Positions 10,141 through 18,349 of a DNA stretch of 64,000 bases are shown here, piece after piece. This DNA is from a virus, in the IMG/VR virus record IMGVR_UViG_3300027806_000039, positions 1 through 64,000 of that record, one strand, 5' to 3'. Position 1 is the first letter of the stretch. Each line of letters starts with the position of its first letter. Below the pieces are notes generated by a model. The model had not been told where the DNA came from and made no database searches. It saw only the letters and a list, made by a program, of their open reading frames with translations. The position numbers were made by a program, and so were the translations under genes.

Positions 10141-12746
10141 GCAAACGTTTCCCCGGTGCGAGCCGTGTTGTTGGCGATGACCTTCAGGATTTGTCCGTTG
10201 GCGACGGTCGCGGCCGTTCCTTGCGCGACTGCCTGCACAACTGCATTGAGTCCGTCGCTCGTGACTTGGCTGAGCCTTCGCAGTTCCTCAAACACCTGCA
10301 TGCCTGCCTGCACGCCGCCGGCCTGTCGTTCGATTGCTGGTGCCGATGCGCCTGCCGCAACAGAGCCGCCAGTTGCCGGTCCTACGGCAGGCAGGGCGGT
10401 CCTCACGGCCCCCATGGCAGTTGCCGCCGGCGAGCCTGCCACCGCCCCCATGGCAAGTTGCTGCTGTAAGGCGGCTATCTGGGCCTCGATCTCCGCCGTG
10501 TCTGGCATCACGCCGGGAGCCGTCCGGCGGGCGGGGTCGAGGGCGTCTGGGTTTGGCATCGCGTCCAGGGCCCCGCCGGCGGCCTTGGCCCGCAAGGCGG
10601 CGATCTGGGCCTCGATCTCGTCGCGGTTGGCCAACTGCTGCACCATCTGGGCGGTGTTCTCGGCCGTGGCCTTAGACGAGTCTTCGAGCGTGTTCAGTTC
10701 CGGCCCGATGCCGAGGCCCTCGCCGGAGCCGAACGTGCCGACCGATCGACTTCCGCCAGCCGCCCCAGCCTTGTCATCAGCGGTGGCACCCACTGGCATC
10801 ACGCCACGATCCACCGCAGCCGCTGCGGCGGCACCACCGGCAGCTGTGGCCTCAATGCTTCCCCGCACCACACCGTTGGCCCGGTCGCGAGCGCGGTCCG
10901 CGTCTTTCTGCATTTCTGCGATCGTGTCGAGCCAACCTTGTGCGTTCTTATCGTCGGCAGCCTGCCGCTTCCCGGCAGCCGCCCCACGAGCCGCGTCTCG
11001 GTCTGCCGCGCGGGCGTCTGCCGTCGGGGCCCGCTCGCGGGCACGGGCCACCTCGGCATCGACCTCCTTCAATGCCCGGCGCAGCCCGTTGATGGCGAAG
11101 TTCCAATCGAAAGCCGCCTGGAAGTAGAGCCCGAGCTTTTGGAAGCCGCTCTGGAGCGTGAGAATGTCGGCCCCAAAAAGGCCCATGAACCGGTCGAGTC
11201 CATCGGCCAGCTTGTCGCCGATGAATGCCGCGGCATTCGTGACGAGCGTGCGGATGTCTCGGAATGCCATGTCCCATCCGGCGACGATCCTCGTCAGCAC
11301 GATGTTCATGTTGGCCTGGAGCAGACCAAACGCGGCCCCAAAGTCGAGCCTCGACAGGGCCGCTCCGATCGCGTCGGTCTCGCGGCGAAACGTCGGGCTC
11401 AACTGACGGCCAATCACGATCGCCGCCGTGACGCCCGAGGCAAACACCGCGGCGGCGAGTCCAGCGGGTGTGAACAGGGCCGGGAGCAGCCGCACGCCGG
11501 CGGCGATCAGGCTGGCTCCCTTGCTCATCACTTGCAGGCCAATGCCTCCGACGATGGCCGCGGCCCCGAGCCCCAGCATGCCGCCGGCGACCGCGGCAAC
11601 CGTGGCGACGAGCTGCGGGTTCCGCTCGATGAACATCGTGACAACTTGCAGCATCCGGCCGAGGCCGTTGACAGTGGCCGTTGCCGTCTCGCCCATGCTC
11701 GTGATCGTTGCGATCTTCAGGTCGGCAAACAGGGCTCCCAGCCGCCGGACGGCACCGCCAAACGAGTCGAGCACCTGGGCCGCCTTGCCGCTGGCCGCTC
11801 CTGCGGAATTTTGGATCTCGCCCATGATCCGGGCGAACTCGCCGCCCAGATTCGAAAGCGTGATCGCGGCCCTCGCCCCGCGGATGTCGAAGATGTCCAT
11901 GAAGGCCGCCAGCCGGTCGGCGTTGTTCATGCCGGCCGTCGCGCCACCGAGGTCGCGGATCACGTCCATGAAGGGCCGGAGGTTGCCGGTGGCGTCCCGC
12001 ACGCTCACGCCCAGGGCGTTGAACTTGGCCTCCTCGGAGGTCATCGCCTCGAGCACGCGGGCGAGCTGCGTGCCGGCCATGCTGCCGCGGATGCCGCCCT
12101 GTGCGAGGGCACCCATGGCCGCGAGCACGTCGTCGAGCGATTGGCCTGCGGCCTGAGCCTGCGGGCCCACGTAGCTGAGCGACTCGCCGATCAGGTCCAC
12201 GCTCGTCACCGACGCATTGGCCGCCGCCTGGAGCCGGTCGGCGATGCTGCCGAAGTCGCCGGTCGAAAGCCCAAACTGGCTCATCGTGCCGATCACGACC
12301 TCGACGGCACGGGCGAGCTCCATGTTGTCGGCCGCGGCCAGGGCGAGCACCGGCCCGATACCGGCGATGACGCCGTCCGCGTTCACGCCGGCCTTCGCCA
12401 GTTCGTTCATGGCGTTGGCCACTTCCGTCGGGCTCTGGCCCATCTGCACGCCCATCTGCCGGGCGGCGGCGTTGAGCTTGGCGAACTGGTCCTCGGTGGC
12501 CTTCGTGTTGGCCCGAACCTGCGCCATCGACAGCGTGAAGTTCGCCGCCTCGCGGGCCGCGATCACGAACGGAGCCCCGAGCGCAGCCCCGCCCAGCGAC
12601 AGATTCGTCCCCATCTGCCGCATGGCCGTCCCCACGGCCTTCAGCTTGTTTTGCACGCGGGTCATCGCCTGCTGAAACGCGCCGTCCTTGGCGAAGATTT
12701 CAACGTAGGCTCCACCCGCACGAACGGCACCGGCACCGGCTGCCAT
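10137..12746 (-). CDS. Tail tape measure protein (TP901 family-like)
   Basis: AVRAGGAYVEI start, ESLSYVGP and GIRGSMAGT motifs, Ala-rich. Confidence 0.9.
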   Translation of the reverse strand: MAAGAGAVRAGGAYVEIFAKDGAFQQAMTRVQNKLKAVGTAMRQMGTNLSLGGAALGAPFVIAAREAANFTLSMAQVRANTKATEDQFAKLNAAARQMGVQMGQSPTEVANAMNELAKAGVNADGVIAGIGPVLALAAADNMELARAVEVVIGTMSQFGLSTGDFGSIADRLQAAANASVTSVDLIGESLSYVGPQAQAAGQSLDDVLAAMGALAQGGIRGSMAGTQLARVLEAMTSEEAKFNALGVSVRDATGNLRPFMDVIRDLGGATAGMNNADRLAAFMDIFDIRGARAAITLSNLGGEFARIMGEIQNSAGAASGKAAQVLDSFGGAVRRLGALFADLKIATITSMGETATATVNGLGRMLQVVTMFIERNPQLVATVAAVAGGMLGLGAAAIVGGIGLQVMSKGASLIAAGVRLLPALFTPAGLAAAVFASGVTAAIVIGRQLSPTFRRETDAIGAALSRLDFGAAFGLLQANMNIVLTRIVAGWDMAFRDIRTLVTNAAAFIGDKLADGLDRFMGLFGADILTLQSGFQKLGLYFQAAFDWNFAINGLRRALKEVDAEVARARERAPTADARAADRDAARGAAAGKRQAADDKNAQGWLDTIAEMQKDADRARDRANGVVRGSIEATAAGGAAAAAAVDRGVMPVGATADDKAGAAGGSRSVGTFGSGEGLGIGPELNTLEDSSKATAENTAQMVQQLANRDEIEAQIAALRAKAAGGALDAMPNPDALDPARRTAPGVMPDTAEIEAQIAALQQQLAMGAVAGSPAATAMGAVRTALPAVGPATGGSVAAGASAPAIERQAGGVQAGMQVFEELRRLSQVTSDGLNAVVQAVAQGTAATVANGQILKVIANNTARTGETFA

Positions 12747-12964
12747 TACTTCGCCTCCTTCGGCACGAACTTGCCCAGGCCGAGAGCCCGCAGCATGGCG
12801 GGCGTGGCTTCAGGGAGTTCAGGGGAGGGGAGGTACGGGTGGAAATCGGCCGGCTGCGGCGGCGTGCCCTTGTCCGGATCGGTGTGCATCGCGGCGAAGA
12901 GGGCCATGAGGCTGCTCGTGTGATTCCACGTTTCGTTACTGCGGCCCCAGGCCATCCACTCCAA
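12746..12964 (-). CDS. Tail assembly chaperone C-terminal (GT) part
   Basis: P.DFHPY motif; lies between chaperone and tape measure; reachable by -1 frameshift. Confidence 0.65.
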   Translation of the reverse strand: MEWMAWGRSNETWNHTSSLMALFAAMHTDPDKGTPPQPADFHPYLPSPELPEATPAMLRALGLGKFVPKEAK

Positions 12965-12990
12965 CTGCCGCAGTGTGTACGGCCACGGGT

Positions 12991-13464
12991 CTACGCCGCA
13001 TTGTCCTGCGAGCTCGAAGCAGAGCTCGTATGGGTCTGGCGGATCAACGTCTCGAAGTCGATCGTCTCCAGCTTCGTCTCCACCTTTGCGAGGTCTTCGG
13101 CGCGAACCTTTGCGTGGGCGGCCTGATACTTCGCCAGCATCCTCTTCAGCAGCCCCTTCCGGGGCTCCTGGAAAAAATCGGCAACTTCGCCGATCAGCGC
13201 CTCCACTGCCTGCTCGATGCAGGTGCCGTCGATGACCGACAGGAAGTCTTCAGTCGTCTTGCCGGCGGCCTCGAGCTGCGGGCGGATCACCGCAGCCAGC
13301 ACAAGGCAGAATTGCACGTCGTCGGAGAAGAAACCCTGAACCTGTCGATCTGTCGCAAACAGGTCGGTGAGTTTCAGGCCCGTTTCGTCGAGACACCGCT
13401 TGACGGTGCCGACGGTCACGTCGACCGTCCACTCGGCTCCATCCTTCGTCTTGAACGTTCTCAT
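12991..13464 (-). CDS. Tail assembly chaperone
   Basis: Position; contains DFF encoded by slippery T TTT TTC. Confidence 0.7.
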   Translation of the reverse strand: MRTFKTKDGAEWTVDVTVGTVKRCLDETGLKLTDLFATDRQVQGFFSDDVQFCLVLAAVIRPQLEAAGKTTEDFLSVIDGTCIEQAVEALIGEVADFFQEPRKGLLKRMLAKYQAAHAKVRAEDLAKVETKLETIDFETLIRQTHTSSASSSQDNAA

Positions 13465-13829
13465 GTGCCGTACACCATGCTCTTGAGCGTGACTTCCCAG
13501 GCGACGTTACCGTTGATCGGCGACTTCACCTGCACGTTGCTGACCGAAAATTGGGCACTGAACAGCCCAGCGACCGCCAAGGTGAGGAGCTGGCCTGTGG
13601 CTGGGTGTTTGTTGAACTTGCTTGCGAAGGTCGCGTAGTTCTCTTCCCAGTAGATGAGTAGTTTCACCGTGGCGCTCGCGCAGATGACGATGCTGCTCGT
13701 CCATGCGTGCTGCCAGTTGGTGATGTCGAACTCCTTGCCGGACAGGTCGAGGTCAAAGTCCCGCATTCCCTGGATGGCCGCTCCATTGAGCGTCATCACT
13801 TGGTTGTGGCCGAGGACGATGCGGGCCAT
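13461..13829 (-). CDS. Tail tube-like protein 3
   Basis: ~120 aa beta-rich, DIT..H motif, C-terminal ING.V.WEVTLK. Confidence 0.55.
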   Translation of the reverse strand: MARIVLGHNQVMTLNGAAIQGMRDFDLDLSGKEFDITNWQHAWTSSIVICASATVKLLIYWEENYATFASKFNKHPATGQLLTLAVAGLFSAQFSVSNVQVKSPINGNVAWEVTLKSMVYGT

Positions 13830-13832
13830 GCG

Positions 13833-14189
13833 TCAAGCCTCTGGGGCTGCCTTCATGCCGTAGGAGACCGTGTATTCCCGCATGCCCTTCGGCGTTACGC
13901 CCATCTTCACCTCGGTGACGATGGCATCGAGCTGCATCGTGCTTCCGTCCAGGCCGCCGATGACGAATGCGCCGCTGTCGCCTCGCTGTGCGTCCGTGTC
14001 CGTGCAAACGATCTCGAACGTGATGTCGACGAGGCCGATCATCGTTTCGATCTGGGTGAGCGGCGTGGCCTTGAACACCGTCACGTCCTGCTCGCTGCCT
14101 GAAACCTTGAGCGACGCCGACTTGATGTCGTCGTTATCGACGCCAGGGGCCGTGGTGATCTGCTTGCGGCCGATCTTGTACGTAGGCAT
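13833..14189 (-). CDS. Tail tube-like protein 2
   Basis: Similar size and pattern (DVT, G..E..VSY) to its neighbours. Confidence 0.5.
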   Translation of the reverse strand: MPTYKIGRKQITTAPGVDNDDIKSASLKVSGSEQDVTVFKATPLTQIETMIGLVDITFEIVCTDTDAQRGDSGAFVIGGLDGSTMQLDAIVTEVKMGVTPKGMREYTVSYGMKAAPEA

Positions 14190-14208
14190 GTGCGGAGTTG
14201 TCCTTTCG

Positions 14209-14568
14209 TCAGATGAAGTCGATCTGATCGGCCGTGTCGAGCGGCGTGCCCGGGGTGAGCGTGAGCTTCACGCTCACGACGCCGTCGTCCGGCTCGTCGT
14301 ACTGGGCGTCGAGCACGATCACCGTTCCGCTGTACGCAGATGAGGTGACCGCAACGCTCTGCCCGAGCTTGTAGCTCGTGGTGTCGTCCACGAGGATCGT
14401 GGCCTCAAGCGTGATCTTGGTCAGGCCCGCCTCGACGTGCTTTACGGGCTTTGAGCCGGAGCGGGTCGTGGCGTCGATCGTGTCGCCGCCGTGGGTGAGC
14501 GTGAGATCGCTCACGTTCGACAAAGCGCCCGAAATCGTGAAATCCTTGCCGAGGCTGATCGTGGCCAC
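14209..14568 (-). CDS. Tail tube-like protein 1
   Basis: IDATTR...GL...T.E and DGVVSVKLTL patterns typical of siphophage tube folds. Confidence 0.55.
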   Translation of the reverse strand: MATISLGKDFTISGALSNVSDLTLTHGGDTIDATTRSGSKPVKHVEAGLTKITLEATILVDDTTSYKLGQSVAVTSSAYSGTVIVLDAQYDEPDDGVVSVKLTLTPGTPLDTADQIDFI

Positions 14569-14636
14569 TGTGCCCTCGCCGGTTGACGGTATGGCGGCTC
14601 GCTGGCCACCTATACGTCAGTATACCGGTGAGTGTG

Positions 14637-15383
14637 TCACAACCCGCCGACCTTGAAGCGGTTGGCGAACTCTTTGGCGATGCGTCCCGTCGAGATGGCC
14701 TTCGCGAAAGCGGGCCGCATGTAGGGCCGCTCCGGATAGGGCACGTTCTCGCGGAAGCTCGTCTGCTCCCAGCGGTTGAGCCGCTTCGGGCTGCGGCCCA
14801 CGCGCCAGTAGCCGATGATGCCGGCCCGGTAGCTTCGCGGCCACCGCGGGATCCACGCCCACCCGATCATTTGCTCGGTGCCGCCGAACTCGTGCAGGGC
14901 GGCCAGCCACGCGATGCTCGGCGAGCCTTGCCCAACGACCACCGATTCCGAGGTCGGATCGTAGGCGTAGACGATGCCGGGCCGGTCGCGGAGGTTTCCG
15001 CGGTGGGTGTGCGGCGGTGTGCCCGGAGCCGACGGGGCCTTGGCCTGGATCTCGAGCAGCCTACGCCGCAGCTGGTTCGCCTGCCGGCGGTTTCCGCTGG
15101 CCTCGCTCATGCCGATCAGGTCGCGGATCGTCTGGTCCGGGTTCTCGTTCATCACCTGTAGCTTCGGCCGGGCCATGCCCTGCCGCTTGATCGACCGGCG
15201 GGCGATCTGCATCACCACCGACCCGCCCTTGTAGAGGGCCGCCCGCTTTGCCTTCGACATCGCGTTGATGACCCGCGACCGGTCGAAGAAATACTCGTAG
15301 TTGATCCCGGCCGGAATCCTCGCGCCGGCGTTGAGGCTCAGCCCGGCCCCTAGGTTGGGCATCGAAGGCAGCAGGGCCCCCAT
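14637..15383 (-). CDS. Virion morphogenesis / neck protein
   Basis: PSAPGTPPH, HEFGG and YPERPYMRPAF motifs. Confidence 0.75.
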   Translation of the reverse strand: MGALLPSMPNLGAGLSLNAGARIPAGINYEYFFDRSRVINAMSKAKRAALYKGGSVVMQIARRSIKRQGMARPKLQVMNENPDQTIRDLIGMSEASGNRRQANQLRRRLLEIQAKAPSAPGTPPHTHRGNLRDRPGIVYAYDPTSESVVVGQGSPSIAWLAALHEFGGTEQMIGWAWIPRWPRSYRAGIIGYWRVGRSPKRLNRWEQTSFRENVPYPERPYMRPAFAKAISTGRIAKEFANRFKVGGL

Positions 15384-15886
15384 CAGCCACCCCCAAGCAC
15401 GGCCGGCGGTGCGGCGACCTTATCCTTCGGGACGAGGTAGGTCACCTCGATCTGCGACATGAACACGTTGCGGTCTTGCAGGGCGTCCCTGTCATAGGGC
15501 ATCGGCAGGGCCAGCTCGCTCCAATCGGTCCCCTCCGGGGCGTCCTCCGGCTCGACGATGTGCGACCGGATCGCGTCGAGAATCGCCTGGTTGAGATCCT
15601 CGAGGTCGGCGATGTCGTCCTCGCTGCCGACGTGTTTGGCGATCACGACGCCCAGCGTGATTTCGAAGAAGTCGCACCCGCGCGGAGCCCGTTCGTTGGC
15701 CTGGTTGACGGCCACCGGACCCGGCACCACCGAAACCTTGAGCGTGCCGAGATCCTCGAGCTTGTAGTCCGGCGTCCGGCGGTAGACCGCCGTGATGGCC
15801 GGCAGGGAGTCGGTCCAGGTGTGGTCCGACATGGCGGCAGCGAGGCCGGTGCCGATCTGACGGGAGAGGTGCGGGTCGGTTGGCAT
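15383..15886 (-). CDS. Putative tail terminator
   Basis: Position and size; ATG 15886 preferred over the ORF-track start inside the repeat. Confidence 0.55.
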   Translation of the reverse strand: MPTDPHLSRQIGTGLAAAMSDHTWTDSLPAITAVYRRTPDYKLEDLGTLKVSVVPGPVAVNQANERAPRGCDFFEITLGVVIAKHVGSEDDIADLEDLNQAILDAIRSHIVEPEDAPEGTDWSELALPMPYDRDALQDRNVFMSQIEVTYLVPKDKVAAPPAVLGGG

Positions 15887-15913
15887 ACCCTTATTAGACC
15901 ACGCGAGCGGCAA

Positions 15914-16447
15914 CACTTTCGCTCGGTAACGCCTCTTCACACCGCCGACAGTAGCGGAGTCTCAATGTACGCGCCCCACTGGTCGGCCATCGCCGCTGCG
16001 ATCCCTTCGTAGGTCTTGCTTCTGATCTTCCAGCGGTCGGGCGACGGGGCCAGTTTGTTCTGCCCGCTCGCGGTCTGGTTCTCCCAGCGATCCCGGTGCT
16101 CCAGCACGTTCGTCGCCCGCAGATGAGGCAAGCCCTTTAGCCAGAGACAGGTAGCCTTCGACTCTGGGTGGCCGAACTGCCAAGGCTGGATGGTCTGGTC
16201 GGGCTTCCGCCAGAGCGATGACATGATGCAGACCGGGTTTTCTATGGCAATGTGCGGTATATCGGCCTTTGCTAGCCGCATGAAAAACGACACGCTCGCC
16301 TGCTGCCTGCCGTCCATTCGCTTCGCTTGGAAGTGCCTCGCCCCGCTTACGGACAGGTCGGTGCATGGCGGGTGGGCGATCATCAAGTCCCACGGGTAGT
16401 CCAGAACATCGCGGACATCGCCTTGGTAGTGCGGGCCGGGCGTCTCG
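15914..16447. repeat. Direct repeat copy 1 (identical to 63467-64000)
   Basis: Identity starts at CACTTTCGCTCGGTAAC (15914/63467) and runs to the window end; ORF translations are identical. Confidence 0.95.
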
Positions 16448-16545
16448 GTCGGCAGAAGGTCGCATGACATCGCCTCATGCCCGAGAGCCAAGAAGGCGTC
16501 CCGCACGGCACCACTGTACTCACAAGCGATCAGCACCCTTGCCAT
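15937..16545 (-). CDS. Small DNA cytosine methyltransferase-like protein
   Basis: VLIACEYSG, DLMIAHPPCT, IENP, QPWQFGH motifs. Confidence 0.8.
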   Translation of the reverse strand: MARVLIACEYSGAVRDAFLALGHEAMSCDLLPTETPGPHYQGDVRDVLDYPWDLMIAHPPCTDLSVSGARHFQAKRMDGRQQASVSFFMRLAKADIPHIAIENPVCIMSSLWRKPDQTIQPWQFGHPESKATCLWLKGLPHLRATNVLEHRDRWENQTASGQNKLAPSPDRWKIRSKTYEGIAAAMADQWGAYIETPLLSAV

Positions 16546-16587
16546 GACCGCAGATTACCGAGCGTGGCAACTGGGTCAACGCTCGTT
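16543..16587 (-). promoter_or_regulatory. Sigma70-like leaderless promoter
   Basis: TTGACC-N16-TAATCT-GCGGTC-ATG; near-copy at 17805-17849. Confidence 0.6.
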
Positions 16588-16611
16588 CAGAAGCGCGACC
16601 GCACCTGATTT

Positions 16612-16842
16612 CTATCGTTTGGTCCGCTCCAGAAGCGCCCGCAGCGCTGACGAAATACGCAGGCACTCGTCCTTGTCTGGTGGACGATGATGGCCGATTG
16701 CACTCAGTTCTGAGTCGGCAGCGACAATCGCTTCCAGTTCCGCGTCGGTGAGCGTGAGCCGATGGCTCCAAGAATCAACGGTTTGTAACGACCCGTCCTC
16801 GTTCACTCCGATGATCGGCCGTGCTGGCGTCCACTTGTCCAT
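16612..16842 (-). CDS. Small hypothetical protein
   Basis: LTDAELEAI...LRALLER; purine-rich RBS-like tract upstream. Confidence 0.55.
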   Translation of the reverse strand: MDKWTPARPIIGVNEDGSLQTVDSWSHRLTLTDAELEAIVAADSELSAIGHHRPPDKDECLRISSALRALLERTKR

Positions 16843-16874
16843 CGCGTCCCTCTCTGATTTCAGTAGCGCAATTG

Positions 16875-17210
16875 CTAAAAGTCGCCGCCGCATGACCCAG
16901 AATCAAAACTGCTTCCTGAGTCATACGAGCCACTGTCGTAACTGCTGCCTCCAGAATCGTATGAACTAGAGTCATACGACCCAGCCCCAGAATCTACCTC
17001 CGGCGTCTGGTGGCAGTGGTGGTCTTCCGATGTGTTCATCATGTCGCCAAGCATCCCTCCAGCGAGGTTGCCGCCAAGCAATCCGCCTACAAGTCCGTCG
17101 TTCGTGGCGTAGCCGAGGGCAACAGACTGCACAAAACCATCGTCAGACGATGCAGGCACGGCAGTGACGATTGCGTGCTTCGGCTTCTTTTTTCTGAGCC
17201 AGCCAAACAT
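16875..17210 (-). CDS. Gly/Ser-rich small protein
   Basis: AAGGAG RBS; SYDSG repeats at C-terminus. Confidence 0.65.
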   Translation of the reverse strand: MFGWLRKKKPKHAIVTAVPASSDDGFVQSVALGYATNDGLVGGLLGGNLAGGMLGDMMNTSEDHHCHQTPEVDSGAGSYDSSSYDSGGSSYDSGSYDSGSSFDSGSCGGDF

Positions 17211-17591
17211 GGAAACTCCTTTGGTTTCGTAGATAAGAAACGTCTTTACCTGCGGCGTGTAGTGTCAGGTTCCTTCGCAAAAAAACTGCCGGATCATACG
17301 TGCAATCCGACGAGATTCGTTGCATTTTGCATATGTTGCGGGCGTAACATATCGAATCAGATATGTTTCACAAACGAGATTCTGTAAGCATTAGCGGTGC
17401 ATTTCTCTTACAGAACAGAGCCTGTCACTTTTCGACAGTTTGTGTAGTGCCGGTGCCTGCGGGTCGCGGTGCCGGTTTATCTTTCCGGTCGCTGCCGCAA
17501 GCTGTCGCCGCCGGCGCGGCGTTGCTGTCCCGCTCGGGATCGTCGGCATCGAAATCGCACGTTTTCGACTCGGTCTGTCCCGCTCGGGAAA

Positions 17592-17807
17592 TCATACGAG
17601 AAGCTCCACAAGCTCATGCGGGATCAACTCGCGAACGGCTTCCAGTTCGCGTGTCGCCTCGTCACCGATCTCGGCGTATTTGAGCCGGCCCCGAATCGCC
17701 TGCTGGATCGCCTCCAGGGCGATCAAGGCGTCCCGGCCCGCGAGGCAGTACCGATGCTCGCGGGCGTCGTCGGGGTCGCTGCAATCGAACCGGAGGATGG
17801 CTTGCAT
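17592..17807 (-). CDS. Small hypothetical protein
   Basis: ORF directly downstream of the duplicated promoter. Confidence 0.6.
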   Translation of the reverse strand: MQAILRFDCSDPDDAREHRYCLAGRDALIALEAIQQAIRGRLKYAEIGDEATRELEAVRELIPHELVELLV

Positions 17808-17849
17808 GACCGCAGCCTATGCGATGCGTCAATCGGGTCAACGCTCGTT
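17805..17849 (-). promoter_or_regulatory. Sigma70-like leaderless promoter
   Basis: TTGACC-N16-TAGGCT-GCGGTC-ATG. Confidence 0.55.
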
Positions 17850-18031
17850 TTATCGCGATTTGCGATTAGCGAAATGCCACTGGGGCGGCCCACTCGTCGC
17901 CAAGCCGTTGTCGGGCTGCGTTACGTCTCGCCCCTGCCCGCCGCCAGCCTGCGCGAGGCGTTAGCTCCAGTGTGGCACTGGGCGACTGGCGGAAGGCTTA
18001 GTGTTTTGGTCTGTACTCTGTGGGTGTACGG

Positions 18032-18349
18032 TCACTCGCGCGGCGGATCGGGCGGGAGCAACGCGACCGCTTCGGCCCAAGGCAGCACCTCCACCGCAGC
18101 GCTCAGCACCGTCTTGTCCGCAGCCTCCCACATTGCGTGCAGAAGCCCGCCGGGTTCGATCTCTGTGAGAACATCGGCACACAGCATCAACCGCCCATCG
18201 GTCAGCGTGCGAGGCACAGGGACGCAGTTAGGCGAGCCATAAACCGCGTGCAAATCCGCGAGCCGAAAGGCAAGCTGCGAATTGAAAACCAACGCGAGGC
18301 TCTTAGCTTCGGCGTCAGAGATTGGAAGTGTCAGTTCGCTTAGTTTCAT
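18032..18349 (-). CDS. Hypothetical protein (possible fibre chaperone)
   Basis: LTDGRLMLCADVLTE; coupled to 18346-19230. Confidence 0.55.
   Translation of the reverse strand: MKLSELTLPISDAEAKSLALVFNSQLAFRLADLHAVYGSPNCVPVPRTLTDGRLMLCADVLTEIEPGGLLHAMWEAADKTVLSAAVEVLPWAEAVALLPPDPPRE

Larger units (their letters stand above)
1..15913 (-). mobile_element. Partial phage A genome (tail, lysis and nucleotide modules)
   Basis: Own tape measure, tail terminator, tail tube-like, chaperone and tail fibre genes, all co-oriented; duplicates functions also present at 39-50 kb. Confidence 0.8.

Noticed and set aside
10470-10620. Repeat encoding EIEAQIAAL twice in the tape measure C-terminus
   Set aside because: Ordinary intragenic duplication
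10156-12923. Long plus-strand ORFs (for example 10938-12923, also 3254-4798 and 52919-54412)
   Set aside because: Antisense shadows of GC-rich minus-strand genes, with no recognisable motifs
15887-15940. ORF-track N-terminus MKRRYRAKV for 15383-15940 and the ORF at 63296-63493
   Set aside because: Artefact of the shared repeat end; the downstream ATGs (15886, 63461) give more plausible genes
17211-17591. CRISPR array
   Set aside because: No constant repeat with regular spacers; only one 15-bp duplication and no cas genes
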